A DNA stretch of 42,328 bases from an uncultured Faecalibacterium sp. (GCA_964511805.1 CAZEIG010000001.1:1-42328), one strand, 5' to 3'. Counted from the stretch's first letter, positions 16,270 through 25,609 are shown. A program made the numbers and translations. Notes: generated by a model not told the origin, from the sequence alone.

Positions 16270-17264
16270 GCCATACGCTCCTTGATCTGTTGCAGTTTGG
16301 CGGCTTCCCGGCGGCAGGCTTCCGCCGCCTGACCGGCCGTCAGATAGGTAAAACCCAGCTTCTGCCCCGGCCGCATCTGGGCCATGGCCCAGACGTCCAC
16401 CGTGCAGAGGGTGGCGATCTTGGCATAACCGCCGGTGGTCTGGTGGTCGGCCAGCATGACGATGGGCTGACCGTTGGCCGAGATCTGGACCGAGCCGGCC
16501 ACGATCCCGTCCGACAGGATGTCAACTCCGTCCTTTGGCTCGATGACCGGGCCACTCAGTTTGCAGCCCATCCGGTCACAGTCGGCGGTTAGGCTGTAGA
16601 CCCCGTGAACCAGGGCCGCCTGCCCTGCCGCCGTGAAGGCGCCGGCCTGTGGGCCGGGCACCGCGCGGAAGAGGGGTAGCGGCTGCTCTCCTCCAAACCG
16701 CCAGGGCCGGAGGACTGTCCGCCCGTTCTCGCCCAGCGGTTTTTCCGCGCCGCGGCGGCATATCTCCTCCCAGCGCCGGCGGGCCTGGCCGGCGCTGCGC
16801 CCGACGGGGAGGAGGTCGCCGGTACGCAGCGCACGGCCGTCCAGCCCGCCGAGGCCGCACTTGAGGTCGGTGGAGCGGCTGCCCAGCACCGGCGGCGTAT
16901 CGATGCCGCCGTATACGGCCAGGTAGGCCCGCAGCCCGTCCCCGGCGGCCCCCAGGGTCAGGACCGACCCGGCGGGCGCCAGACAGGGGGCGAAGAATGG
17001 AAGTGCAGCGCCGTCCAGCGCCGCCGGCATCTCAGCCCCCGCCAGGGCGAATAGGGTGTCCTCTTCAAAGCGGAACGTCCCGCCCATGATGGTCAGCTCC
17101 AGCGCGGCCATGGTGTCATCTCCGTTGCCAGCCAGAAGGTTGGCGGCCCGGAAGGCATAGCCATCGGCCGCGCCGCAGAGCCGGTAGCCCTGCGCCCCAT
17201 GGCCGATTCGCCCGGCATCCTGCACCGTGGTCAGGGGGCCGGGCTTCAAAACGGTGATGCTCAT
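16266..17264 (-). CDS. pxpC: 5-oxoprolinase subunit C (KipA family)
   Basis: TTVQDAGR, LGSRST, GQPIVMLADHQTTGGYAKI. Confidence 0.92.
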   Translation of the reverse strand: MSITVLKPGPLTTVQDAGRIGHGAQGYRLCGAADGYAFRAANLLAGNGDDTMAALELTIMGGTFRFEEDTLFALAGAEMPAALDGAALPFFAPCLAPAGSVLTLGAAGDGLRAYLAVYGGIDTPPVLGSRSTDLKCGLGGLDGRALRTGDLLPVGRSAGQARRRWEEICRRGAEKPLGENGRTVLRPWRFGGEQPLPLFRAVPGPQAGAFTAAGQAALVHGVYSLTADCDRMGCKLSGPVIEPKDGVDILSDGIVAGSVQISANGQPIVMLADHQTTGGYAKIATLCTVDVWAMAQMRPGQKLGFTYLTAGQAAEACRREAAKLQQIKERMA

Positions 17265-17962
17265 CAGACTCCCTCCTGTTCCGCTGCGATCTGTTCAAAT
17301 TCCGCCGCGCCGATGGGGACAAAACGGATCCGGTCTCCCGCCGCATAGGGCAGCGGCCGACCGGGGTCGAACAATTTGAGGGGGGTGCGGCCGATCAGCT
17401 GCCAGCCGCCCGGCGAGGCCACCGGGTAAATGCCGGTCTGCTCGCCGCCGATCCCGACCGACCCCGCCGGGATGGCGGTGCGTGGGCTGTCCAGGCGGGG
17501 GCAGAAGAGTTTTTCATCCAACCCGCCGAGATAAGGGAAGCCCGGCAAAAAACCCAGCATATAGATCCGGTAGTCCCGGCCGCTGTGGAGCGCCACCGCC
17601 TCGGCTTCAGACAGGCCGGCGTGCCGGGCCACAAAGGCGAGGTCGGGGCCGTAGGACCCTCCATAGCAGACGGGGATCTCCACCAGACGCCCGGCCTCTT
17701 TCCCGCTGCCCGAAGGTTCCGGCAGGTCCGCTGTCAGGACGCGGAGCCGTTCGGTCAGGGCGTCGGGATCGGTCTGCAGCGGGTCGCAGCAGACCAGTAG
17801 GGATGCGTAGGCCGGGATGGTCTCAGTCACACCGGGGAGCCGGGCGGCCCGGATGGCGGCGTCCAATGCCATCACCCGGGCGCTGACCGCCTCTGAGATG
17901 GAGGCGCCGCAGACTGCCAGCACCGCCGCATCCCCCGCCGGGGAAAAAGTGACGCCTGTCAT
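17264..17962 (-). CDS. pxpB: 5-oxoprolinase subunit B (KipI family)
   Basis: IPVCYGG..GPDL, LGFLPGFPYL, QTGIYP..SPGGWQLIGRTP. Confidence 0.93.
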   Translation of the reverse strand: MTGVTFSPAGDAAVLAVCGASISEAVSARVMALDAAIRAARLPGVTETIPAYASLLVCCDPLQTDPDALTERLRVLTADLPEPSGSGKEAGRLVEIPVCYGGSYGPDLAFVARHAGLSEAEAVALHSGRDYRIYMLGFLPGFPYLGGLDEKLFCPRLDSPRTAIPAGSVGIGGEQTGIYPVASPGGWQLIGRTPLKLFDPGRPLPYAAGDRIRFVPIGAAEFEQIAAEQEGV

Positions 17963-17980
17963 CCTTTCATCCCCTCCCCG

Positions 17981-19048
17981 TCATCCGGCAAAAAAGCCTT
18001 TTTGGAGCACCGGGCCAAACCAGCGGTCCGAGTTGTGGGAATAGCGGACGGCGTAGGCGGTACACTGCCGCATCAGGCTGACGATGCTGACGTTCATCCG
18101 CGTGTCGAAGCCGTCCACCCCCGGCAGCAGGGAGCCGGTCATGTCGATCATCCCGTTGCGGGAGAGCACCCGCATGACTTCGCTCTCCATCTCTTCCCGG
18201 TGAAGGACGTTCATGTCCTTTTTCAGGTAGGCCATGGCGGCCATCAGGGCGTAACAGCCCCAGTCGGAGCAGGTGGCGGTGATGACATTGTCGGCGCAGG
18301 TGGCCGAAAGGATCCCGCCGCCGCATCCACAGCTGCACTCCCCCTCCGCAGTAAAGGGGACGTACCGCTTGATATGCTCCCCGATGGTTCCCATCCCGAT
18401 CTCGTTGCCGAGGTCCCCGATGGCGATGTTAAGGATACCCCGGGCCCGCAGTGCCGCCCAGAGGACGTCGCTCTTGGCCTGCAGGGCGCTGACATCTTCC
18501 CCGCCGGCGTTGTGATAGACACCCCGGGCGTTGGCGCCGCAGGCCTCGATCGAGACGACCGCCGCAGGCGGGCAGACGTCAATCAGCTTTTCCGCCACAG
18601 CGCCGGCCTCGGCCCGCTCCTTGGTGAAAGGCACCACCCCGATGCTCAGGGGAAGCTGACGCACCGCGTCTAGATCCCGGTAGCAGTGGAGACCCACCAC
18701 GTTGGCGCAACGCTCAAAGGCGGTGACGCTGTCCTCGGGGCAGACGATGACCGGCTTGGCGTCAAGGGCAAGAACCAGCGCCCTTGCCAGCAACATGGCG
18801 CTGACCGAGCCGTCCATCTCGGGCACCTTGTGGGGCAGCAGGACAAATCCCACCAGGATGTAGACCACATCCCCTTTCCGGACCGTCCGGCAGAGGGCCT
18901 CGGCGGCGTGCATGGCGATGGGCTCTCCGGTATAGGCGCGGGCCCCCGCGTAGAGAATCCGGCAGACGCCGTAGCCCCGCGGGTCTAGGCACATCAGAAC
19001 GTCGAGGTTCTCGCCCACGTTCCGCTTTTCCAATTCATCCCGGGTCAT
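17981..19048 (-). CDS. DUF4392 (glutamate-cyclase-associated domain) protein
   Basis: EMDG, GxYHNxxG, AIGDLGNEIGMG, SDWG, VDG motifs; ATG 19048 follows AAAGGGGGAG. Confidence 0.8.
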   Translation of the reverse strand: MTRDELEKRNVGENLDVLMCLDPRGYGVCRILYAGARAYTGEPIAMHAAEALCRTVRKGDVVYILVGFVLLPHKVPEMDGSVSAMLLARALVLALDAKPVIVCPEDSVTAFERCANVVGLHCYRDLDAVRQLPLSIGVVPFTKERAEAGAVAEKLIDVCPPAAVVSIEACGANARGVYHNAGGEDVSALQAKSDVLWAALRARGILNIAIGDLGNEIGMGTIGEHIKRYVPFTAEGECSCGCGGGILSATCADNVITATCSDWGCYALMAAMAYLKKDMNVLHREEMESEVMRVLSRNGMIDMTGSLLPGVDGFDTRMNVSIVSLMRQCTAYAVRYSHNSDRWFGPVLQKGFFAG

Positions 19049-19065
19049 AGATGCTCCCCCTTTCC

Positions 19066-19923
19066 TCAGCCCTCCAGGCTGGAAAGACCGGTGTAGGCGT
19101 AAAATTCGGACAGGACCTCCTGCTGGATGGCGCGGCGTGTGCCGGGGTCCTTGCAGCCGACGGGCCGACCGTTCAGCTCGTTGGCATAGAGGCAGAAGTT
19201 GGAGGAAGAAGAGACGATGATCTCGTCGGCCTCTTTCAGGAAGTCCATCGTAAAGGGCTTTTCTATCACCGTGATCCCCAGCCGGTAGCAGGACTGGATG
19301 ATGTGAGTCTTGGCGATCCCGCGCAGGATCAGCTCGTCGTTGGGGTGGGAGTAGAACACCCCCTCCTTCAGCACCGATACGTTGGAGTGGGCGCACTCGG
19401 TGACTATCTCGCCCCGGTGGAAAACCGTTTCGTCACAGCCCTGCAGGCTGGCGCGCTGGGCGGTGCGAACGCTGGGCAGCAGGTTCAGGGTCTTGATATT
19501 GCAGTGGAAAAAGCGGGTGTCCTCCTCGTCGTTGAGCTTGATGGGGCTTTCGGGGTCCCGCAGTTTGTTGGGACGGATAAAGACCCACAGCTTGCCGGGA
19601 ATATCCTCGGCATAGGCGTGGTTCCGGGGCGCGACGCCGCGGGTCACCTGCCAGTAGACGAAATTGACCTTGCCGTCCACCTGGGCCAGCAGGCCGGTCA
19701 GCAGCTCGCCCAGCTCGGCCTTGGGCATCGGGACGTTGATATCCAGGGCCTTGGCGCTGGTGTAAAAGCGATCCAAATGATCCTGCAGCAGAAAGACTTT
19801 GCCGTTTGCGCCGACGGTGGCGTCGTAGCAGCCGTCGCCGAAAAAGTGGACACGGTCATTGAAAGGGACCTGCAGCTCGTCGGGCGAGCCGACCTTGCCG
19901 TCATAGTATGCGATGGATTCCAT
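19066..19923 (-). CDS. dat: Class IV aminotransferase, D-amino-acid transaminase-like
   Basis: DRVHFFGDGCYD, YWQVTRG..PRNH, CNIKTLNLL, VTECAHSNV, ILRGI; ATG 19923 follows GGAGGTG. Confidence 0.8.
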   Translation of the reverse strand: MESIAYYDGKVGSPDELQVPFNDRVHFFGDGCYDATVGANGKVFLLQDHLDRFYTSAKALDINVPMPKAELGELLTGLLAQVDGKVNFVYWQVTRGVAPRNHAYAEDIPGKLWVFIRPNKLRDPESPIKLNDEEDTRFFHCNIKTLNLLPSVRTAQRASLQGCDETVFHRGEIVTECAHSNVSVLKEGVFYSHPNDELILRGIAKTHIIQSCYRLGITVIEKPFTMDFLKEADEIIVSSSSNFCLYANELNGRPVGCKDPGTRRAIQQEVLSEFYAYTGLSSLEG

Positions 19924-19946
19924 GGTGAAACTCACCTCCGTTTCTC

Positions 19947-20597
19947 TTATCCTTTGACGGGTTTTGCGCCGTACTTCCGCGCGATGATGGTCTCGATGAC
20001 CTCGACGCAGGTGTCCAGCCCCAGGGCGGCGCTGTCCAGGCAGAGGTCATAGTTGCCAGGCTGCTGCCAGCGCTGGCCGGTGTGGTAGTTGTAGTAGTGC
20101 TCCCGGTAGCGGTCCAGCCGGTCGATGTAGTGGATGGCGTCCCCCCGGCTGACCCCCTGCCGTTCCATCTCACGCTGGACGCGGGCTTCATAGGGTGCGT
20201 CGATGTAGACCTTGAGGACGTTGGGCTTATCCCTCAAAATGAAGTCGGCCGCCCGCCCGATGCAGACGTAACTCTCCTGGTTCAGCAGCTCCCGCAGAAC
20301 CTTGGCCTGGTAGTTGAACAGGTTCTGGTCGCTGATGAAGTTGCCGCTCTCAGGTGAGATGGCCCGGCCATCGTACACCTTCCGGCTGACCTTGTACAAG
20401 AGGGTCTTGCGGGTGTTCTCATCCGCCGCAGCGAAGATGGCTTCGCTGATCCCGCTGTTCTCCGAGGCCAGGCGGAGCAGCTTGCGGTCGTAGACGTCGA
20501 TACCGTAATCCGCCGCCAGTTTTTTGCCGATGTAGCTGCCGCCGCCCGACCCGCAGGTGCGGGTGATGGCGATGGCAAAGTATTTGCTTTCTGCCAT
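19947..20597 (-). CDS. Cytidylate-kinase-like family protein
   Basis: IAITRTCGSGGG, VCIGRAADFIL, YYNYHTG..W, YDLCLDS. Confidence 0.88.
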   Translation of the reverse strand: MAESKYFAIAITRTCGSGGGSYIGKKLAADYGIDVYDRKLLRLASENSGISEAIFAAADENTRKTLLYKVSRKVYDGRAISPESGNFISDQNLFNYQAKVLRELLNQESYVCIGRAADFILRDKPNVLKVYIDAPYEARVQREMERQGVSRGDAIHYIDRLDRYREHYYNYHTGQRWQQPGNYDLCLDSAALGLDTCVEVIETIIARKYGAKPVKG

Positions 20598-20610
20598 AAA
20601 AACTCCCTCC

Positions 20611-21309
20611 TCACTGGCCCAGATAGGCTTTCTTCACCCGTGGGTCGTTCAGCAGCTCCTGGGCGTCCCCCTGGATGGTGATCTTTCCGTTTTCCAGGAC
20701 GTAGGCCCGGTTGGAGATGGACAGAGCCATCCGGGCGTTCTGCTCCACCAGCAGGACGGTGATCCCCTGGGCGTTGACCTCCCGGATGATGTCGAAGATC
20801 TCCCGCACCAGCAGAGGCGACAGGCCCATTGAGGGTTCATCCATCAGGATCATTTTGGGTTTGGACATCAGGGCCCGGCCTACCGCCAGCATCTGCTGCT
20901 CGCCGCCAGAGAGGGTGCCCGCCAGCTGGCGGCGGCGCTCCTTCAGGCGGGGAAAGCGCCGGTAGACGTCCTGCCTGGTCTCCTCCATCCCGGTGGGGTC
21001 GGCATAGGCACCGATCTCCAGGTTTTCCTCCACGCTCATGTCGGGGAAGATATGCCGTCCCTCGGGCACATGGGCCAGCTTGAGGGAGATGATCTTGCTG
21101 GGCTCGGTCTTGATGAGGTCGTGTCCATCAAACTCAATGGAGCCGGAGGCCGCCTTCTCCAGCCCGGTGATGGTGCGGAGGGTGGTGGTCTTGCCGGCGC
21201 CGTTGGCGCCGATCAGGGAGACGATCTCCCCGTCCCGCACCTCCAGCGAGACGCCGTTCAGAGCCTGGACGGCGCCGTAGTGTACATACAAATCTTTGAC
21301 TGTCAGCAT
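20611..21309 (-). CDS. livF: Liv-type ABC transporter ATPase
   Basis: GANGAGKTT, VPEGR, AGTLSGGEQQM, DEPSMGL. Confidence 0.93.
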   Translation of the reverse strand: MLTVKDLYVHYGAVQALNGVSLEVRDGEIVSLIGANGAGKTTTLRTITGLEKAASGSIEFDGHDLIKTEPSKIISLKLAHVPEGRHIFPDMSVEENLEIGAYADPTGMEETRQDVYRRFPRLKERRRQLAGTLSGGEQQMLAVGRALMSKPKMILMDEPSMGLSPLLVREIFDIIREVNAQGITVLLVEQNARMALSISNRAYVLENGKITIQGDAQELLNDPRVKKAYLGQ

Positions 21310-22109
21310 CAGATCCCCTCCACAACATCGTTGTCTTTGCCCAGATAAGCTTCGATAACCTTCGGGGAGTTTGCCACCTCGGCGGGGGTACCGCAGGCGA
21401 TGGTGGTGCCGAAGTCCAGCACCTGGATCCGCTCGCAGATCTTCATGACCAGGCTCATGTCGTGCTCGATCAGCAGCACCGAGATCTTGAACTGGCTGCG
21501 GATGTAATCGATGATCTCCAGCAGCTCCTCGGTCTCGGTGGGGTTCATCCCGGCGGCCGGTTCGTCCAGAAGCAGCAGCTTTATGTCGGTGGCCAGGGCC
21601 CGGGCGATCTCCAGCCGGCGCTGCTCGCCGTAGGGCAGGTTGTCTGCCTCCACGTCCTCCTTGCCGGCGAGGTGGACCACCGCCAGCAGCTCCTTGGCCC
21701 GGGCAGTGATGGCCTCCTCCTGGCTCCAGTAGGACTTGGTCCGGAGGATGGCCTGGGGCAGGCCGTAGGTCAGCTTATCCAGCATGGCGGCCTTGACGTT
21801 CTCAATGACCGTCATTTTTTTGAACAGCCGGATGTTCTGGAAGGTCCGCGCGATGCCGGCGCGGACGATTTGATGGGTCTTTTTGCCATTCATTCGCTTG
21901 CCGTTGAGGTAGAAGGAGCCTTCGGTGGGCTTATACACCCCGGTGATGAGGTTGAAGACGGTGGTCTTGCCGGCGCCGTTGGGGCCGATCAGTCCCACCA
22001 GCTCGGACTCCCCGATCTCCAGGTTGAAGTCATCGACGGCTTTCAGACCGCCGAACTGGATGCCGAGGTGCTGGCAGCGCAGGACGGGAACATTTGCAGT
22101 AGCAGCCAT
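21309..22109 (-). CDS. livG: Liv-type ABC transporter ATPase
   Basis: GPNGAGKTT, RTFQNIRLF, LPYGEQRRLEIARALA, DEPAAG. Confidence 0.93.
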   Translation of the reverse strand: MAATANVPVLRCQHLGIQFGGLKAVDDFNLEIGESELVGLIGPNGAGKTTVFNLITGVYKPTEGSFYLNGKRMNGKKTHQIVRAGIARTFQNIRLFKKMTVIENVKAAMLDKLTYGLPQAILRTKSYWSQEEAITARAKELLAVVHLAGKEDVEADNLPYGEQRRLEIARALATDIKLLLLDEPAAGMNPTETEELLEIIDYIRSQFKISVLLIEHDMSLVMKICERIQVLDFGTTIACGTPAEVANSPKVIEAYLGKDNDVVEGI

Positions 22110-22112
22110 AGC

Positions 22113-23156
22113 TTACACCCCTTTCGTCTTTCTGCTGGCGGGCACGGCCTTGGCCGCCGCCTTCTTTTGGAACAGCGTTTTGAAGCCGCCCTCCTTCACC
22201 CAACGGAAGGAACGGATCAGGCTGAACTCCCAGCGACCGAAGATCCCACCCGGGCGGAAGAGCATGACCAGCACCAGCACCACCGAGTAACCCAGCATAC
22301 GGTAGGTGGAGAACTGGCGCATCAGCTCAGGCAGGGCCGACAGGAATGCCGCGCCGATGATCGAGCCAGTCAGGGAGCCGGTGCCGCCGATGATGACCTC
22401 ACTGAGCAGCTCGGCCGAGTAGTTGAAATCAAAGTTGGTGGGGATCATGGCGGTCATGTAGTGGGCGTAAACGCCGCCGCCGACCCCGGCAAAGAAGCTG
22501 GAAACCGCGAAGGTCAGTACCTTGTAGAAGATGACGTTGATACCAGAGGCCTCAGCCGCGATGTAGTCCTCCCGGATGGCCTGGACGGTGCGGCCAAACT
22601 TGCTGCGGACAAAGAGGAACATGATAGTGACGCAGACCACCATGATCCAGAAAGTGCGGCTGAAGTTGGACAGCCGGAGGATGCCGCTCATGGTGCGGCC
22701 GCCGCCGGTGATCTCAAAGTTGCAAAAGCAGACCCGGATGATTTCGGCGAAGGCCATGGTGACGATGGCCAGGTAGTCGCCCCGCAGCCGCAGGGCCGGG
22801 ATGCCCACCAGCACCCCCGTCAGCCCGGCCACCAGGCCGCCGGCCAGCACCGCGACGATCAGGAGAGCCAGGTCGGACAGGCCCCGCCCTGCCAGGGCGT
22901 TGGAGACGATGGCCGACACATAGGCGCCCACTGAGACGAAGCCCGCATGGCCGAGAGAAAATTCGCCCATGAAGCCGACCACCAGGTTCAGGGAGGCCAC
23001 CATGATGATGGTGTAGCAGGCGGTGGTGCAAACGCCCTGGACGTAGGTGGTGGAGCGCCCGAAGGCGTTGAACTGGAACAGGGCCGTCATGATGCAGAAG
23101 AGCACCACCACAGCCACTGCGTTGAGCAGATAGGAGGCTTTGCGTTGTTTGGTCAT
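22113..23156 (-). CDS. livM: Liv-type ABC transporter permease
   Basis: FSLGHAGF, LRLRGDYLAIVT, AIRED..AA. Confidence 0.92.
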   Translation of the reverse strand: MTKQRKASYLLNAVAVVVLFCIMTALFQFNAFGRSTTYVQGVCTTACYTIIMVASLNLVVGFMGEFSLGHAGFVSVGAYVSAIVSNALAGRGLSDLALLIVAVLAGGLVAGLTGVLVGIPALRLRGDYLAIVTMAFAEIIRVCFCNFEITGGGRTMSGILRLSNFSRTFWIMVVCVTIMFLFVRSKFGRTVQAIREDYIAAEASGINVIFYKVLTFAVSSFFAGVGGGVYAHYMTAMIPTNFDFNYSAELLSEVIIGGTGSLTGSIIGAAFLSALPELMRQFSTYRMLGYSVVLVLVMLFRPGGIFGRWEFSLIRSFRWVKEGGFKTLFQKKAAAKAVPASRKTKGV

Positions 23157-23169
23157 GTCAGGATCCTCC

Positions 23170-24060
23170 TCACACTTTCTCGCCGACGTTCTTGCCCAGA
23201 ATACCGGAGGGCTTCACCAGCAGGATGACGATCAGGGTGCCGTAGGTGATTGCCTCATACCAGCCGGGGGCGAACAGACGGACAAAGATCTCAATCAGGC
23301 CGATCAGGACGCCGCCCAGCATGGCACCGGGGATGACCCCGATGCCGCCCAGCACCGCCGCGATGAAGGCCTTCATCCCCATGGTAGTGCCCATGTCGTT
23401 GGTGACGCGGGGATAGGTGGTGCAGTACATCAGGGCGGCCACCGCCGCCAATGAGGAGCCTACCGCAAAGGTCACGGTGATGATCCGGTTGACGTTGATC
23501 CCCATCAGGGTGGAGGCATCCCGGTCCTGGGGGACGGCCCGCATGGCCCGGCCCAGCTTGGTCCGGTTGACAAAGAGCTGCAGACCCACCATAATGGCCA
23601 GACCGATGGCAATGGTCAGAACCACGTTGAGGGAGACGGTCACTCCGGCCACCGTGACCGAAGGCAGGGCGAAGATGGTGGAAACGTTGTGAGGCCGCGA
23701 ACCGAAGAGAACCATGGCCAGGTTCTGCAGAAAGATGCTCATGGCCAGGGCGGTGATCAGGGCCGACATCGAGCCAGCCTTCCGCACCGGACGGTAGGCG
23801 AAGGTCTCCACCAGGACGCCCACTACTGCGCAGACGGCGATGGCCGCCACCACCGCCAGCCAGGCGGGCATCCCGGCGTTAACCATCAGCGGGACAGTGT
23901 AAAACAGGGTATAGGAACCGATCATGATGAAGTCGCCGTGGGCAAAGTTGATCATCCGGATGATCCCGTACACCATGGTATAGCCCAGGGCAATCAGCGC
24001 GTAGATCGAACCCTGGTTCAGGCCGTTGATCAGGCTCAGAACAAAGAGTGAAAGCGTCAT
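23170..24060 (-). CDS. livH: Liv-type ABC transporter permease
   Basis: YALIALGYTMVYG..INFAHG, GRAMRAV, AAVLGGIG. Confidence 0.93.
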   Translation of the reverse strand: MTLSLFVLSLINGLNQGSIYALIALGYTMVYGIIRMINFAHGDFIMIGSYTLFYTVPLMVNAGMPAWLAVVAAIAVCAVVGVLVETFAYRPVRKAGSMSALITALAMSIFLQNLAMVLFGSRPHNVSTIFALPSVTVAGVTVSLNVVLTIAIGLAIMVGLQLFVNRTKLGRAMRAVPQDRDASTLMGINVNRIITVTFAVGSSLAAVAALMYCTTYPRVTNDMGTTMGMKAFIAAVLGGIGVIPGAMLGGVLIGLIEIFVRLFAPGWYEAITYGTLIVILLVKPSGILGKNVGEKV

Positions 24061-24177
24061 TTGTCCATTCCCCTTTCCCGGCAGCCGGCGGGTCCGGCTG
24101 CCATATAAAGCGCGCGGCGGCCTGAGAGCTGGCGCCGCGCGTGATGGTTTATGCGAAAGTTTTCCGGTCAGGCCTGT

Positions 24178-25413
24178 TTATGCCGCGGCAACCACGTTGC
24201 CCTCGGCGTCCAGGGTCTCGAACCACTGAACCTGGCCGTCTACGAAGGTGTTGAAGACGATCTGCTTTTCAGGGTCGCCGTTCTCGTCCAAGGTGAAGGT
24301 GCCGCCCACGCCAGTGAAGGTCATCCCGGTCATCCCTTCCACCAGGCTGGCGGTGTCGGATGCGCCGGCGTTGATGGCCGCCTGGTAGATCATGTAGATG
24401 GCGTCATAGTACAGGGAAGCGCAGGCGTTCAGGCTCTCGGTGCCGTAGAGCTCGGTGTACTTGGTGACGAAGTTGACGACTGCGGGCGAGGTGTCCTCGC
24501 TGGAGTAGTGGTTGGTGAAGTAACAGTTCTCAAACTGGGCCTCGAGGCCGGTGGTGTCCGAGCTGTCCCAGCCGTCACCGCCCATGATGGCGCCGGTGAA
24601 GCCGTTGGAACGAGCCTGGCTGACCAGCAGCGGGACGGTATCCTGGAAGCAGGGGTAGTAGAGGAACTCAGCGCCGGAGGCAACCACCTGGGCTACCTGG
24701 GAAGAAAAGTCTGTGTCGGTGGTGGTGCACTGACCCTCATAGACCACCTCGATGCCCAGCGCCTCGCAGTTCTCGATGAAAGCGTCCTTCAGACCGTTGG
24801 AATAGTCATCATCGTTGGCGTAGAGGACGGCAACCGTGCTGTACCCCTGGGATTCGACAAAGAGGGCGGCCATACGGCCCTGATAGGGGTCGATGAAGCA
24901 GTCGCGGAAGATGGTGGGGCCGGTCAGGGTGACGCTGGTGTTGGTGGCGCCGGTGGCCAGCAGCAGCATGTTGTCAGTTGCGGCCTGCTCGGCCATCGGC
25001 AGAGTAACCGAGGAGAAGAAGCTGCCCACCAGCGCCTCAGGGGCGTCCGACATCACCAGGTTGTAGGCGTTCATGGCCTGGCGGGCATCCTGGGCGTCGT
25101 CAGCGATCTGGCCGCCGTTGACGATCTCGATGGTGAACTCGCCGCCGCTGGAGTTGATCTCCTCCACAGCCATGTCAATGGCGTTCTGTGCGCCCTCGCC
25201 ATAGATGGCCGAGCCACCGGTCATCGGGCCGATGACGCCGATCCGGATGACGTAATCCTCCTTGCTGGCGGCGGAGGCTGTGCTCGAGGCGGTGGACGCT
25301 GCCGTCGAAGTCGTACCGCCCTGCTGGGTGGAGGACGAACAGCCGCTCATCAGGCCGGCCGTCACGGCCGCTGCCATGGTCAACGATAAGATCCTGTTTC
25401 GTGTTTTCATCAT
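24178..25413 (-). CDS. Liv-type ABC substrate-binding lipoprotein
   Basis: Signal peptide with lipobox LMSGC, Ser/Thr/Ala linker, IGVIGPMTG, FIDPYQG, GGDGWD; ATG at 25413 or 25410 follows GGGGAGGG. Confidence 0.9.
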   Translation of the reverse strand: MMKTRNRILSLTMAAAVTAGLMSGCSSSTQQGGTTSTAASTASSTASAASKEDYVIRIGVIGPMTGGSAIYGEGAQNAIDMAVEEINSSGGEFTIEIVNGGQIADDAQDARQAMNAYNLVMSDAPEALVGSFFSSVTLPMAEQAATDNMLLLATGATNTSVTLTGPTIFRDCFIDPYQGRMAALFVESQGYSTVAVLYANDDDYSNGLKDAFIENCEALGIEVVYEGQCTTTDTDFSSQVAQVVASGAEFLYYPCFQDTVPLLVSQARSNGFTGAIMGGDGWDSSDTTGLEAQFENCYFTNHYSSEDTSPAVVNFVTKYTELYGTESLNACASLYYDAIYMIYQAAINAGASDTASLVEGMTGMTFTGVGGTFTLDENGDPEKQIVFNTFVDGQVQWFETLDAEGNVVAAA

Positions 25414-25440
25414 ACTTATACCCTCCCCAAAGGCAACAAA

Positions 25441-25553
25441 AATACAAAAAGGCGCATTGCCGGTCGGTCCGGCAGACACGCCTTTGTGCTGCAGGGAACA
25501 AAAAACGAGGTCCACACAGAGGAGTCAGTCCCCTGCCGTGAACCTCGTTGTTC
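25441..25553 (-). promoter_or_regulatory. Leader with two tandem terminators, each overlapped by an ANTAR-like hexaloop hairpin
   Basis: GAAC-AACGAG-GTTC (25540-25553) and GCAC-AAAGGC-GTGT (25476-25489), loops with A1/G4, each sharing the 5' arm of a U-tailed hairpin. Confidence 0.6.
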
Positions 25554-25579
25554 TCGTTTGTCGCCTGATTGATATCAGC

Positions 25580-25609
25580 ATTATATAGCAGATGCAACGG
25601 TTTTTGCAA
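25580..25609 (-). promoter_or_regulatory. Sigma-A promoter of the liv-dat-pxp operon
   Basis: TTGCAA-18nt-TATAAT. Confidence 0.6.

Noticed and set aside
25441-25580. T-box leader for a branched-chain amino acid transporter
   Set aside because: No GGTGGNACC T-box sequence and too short for stem I; it fits an ANTAR-like layout better
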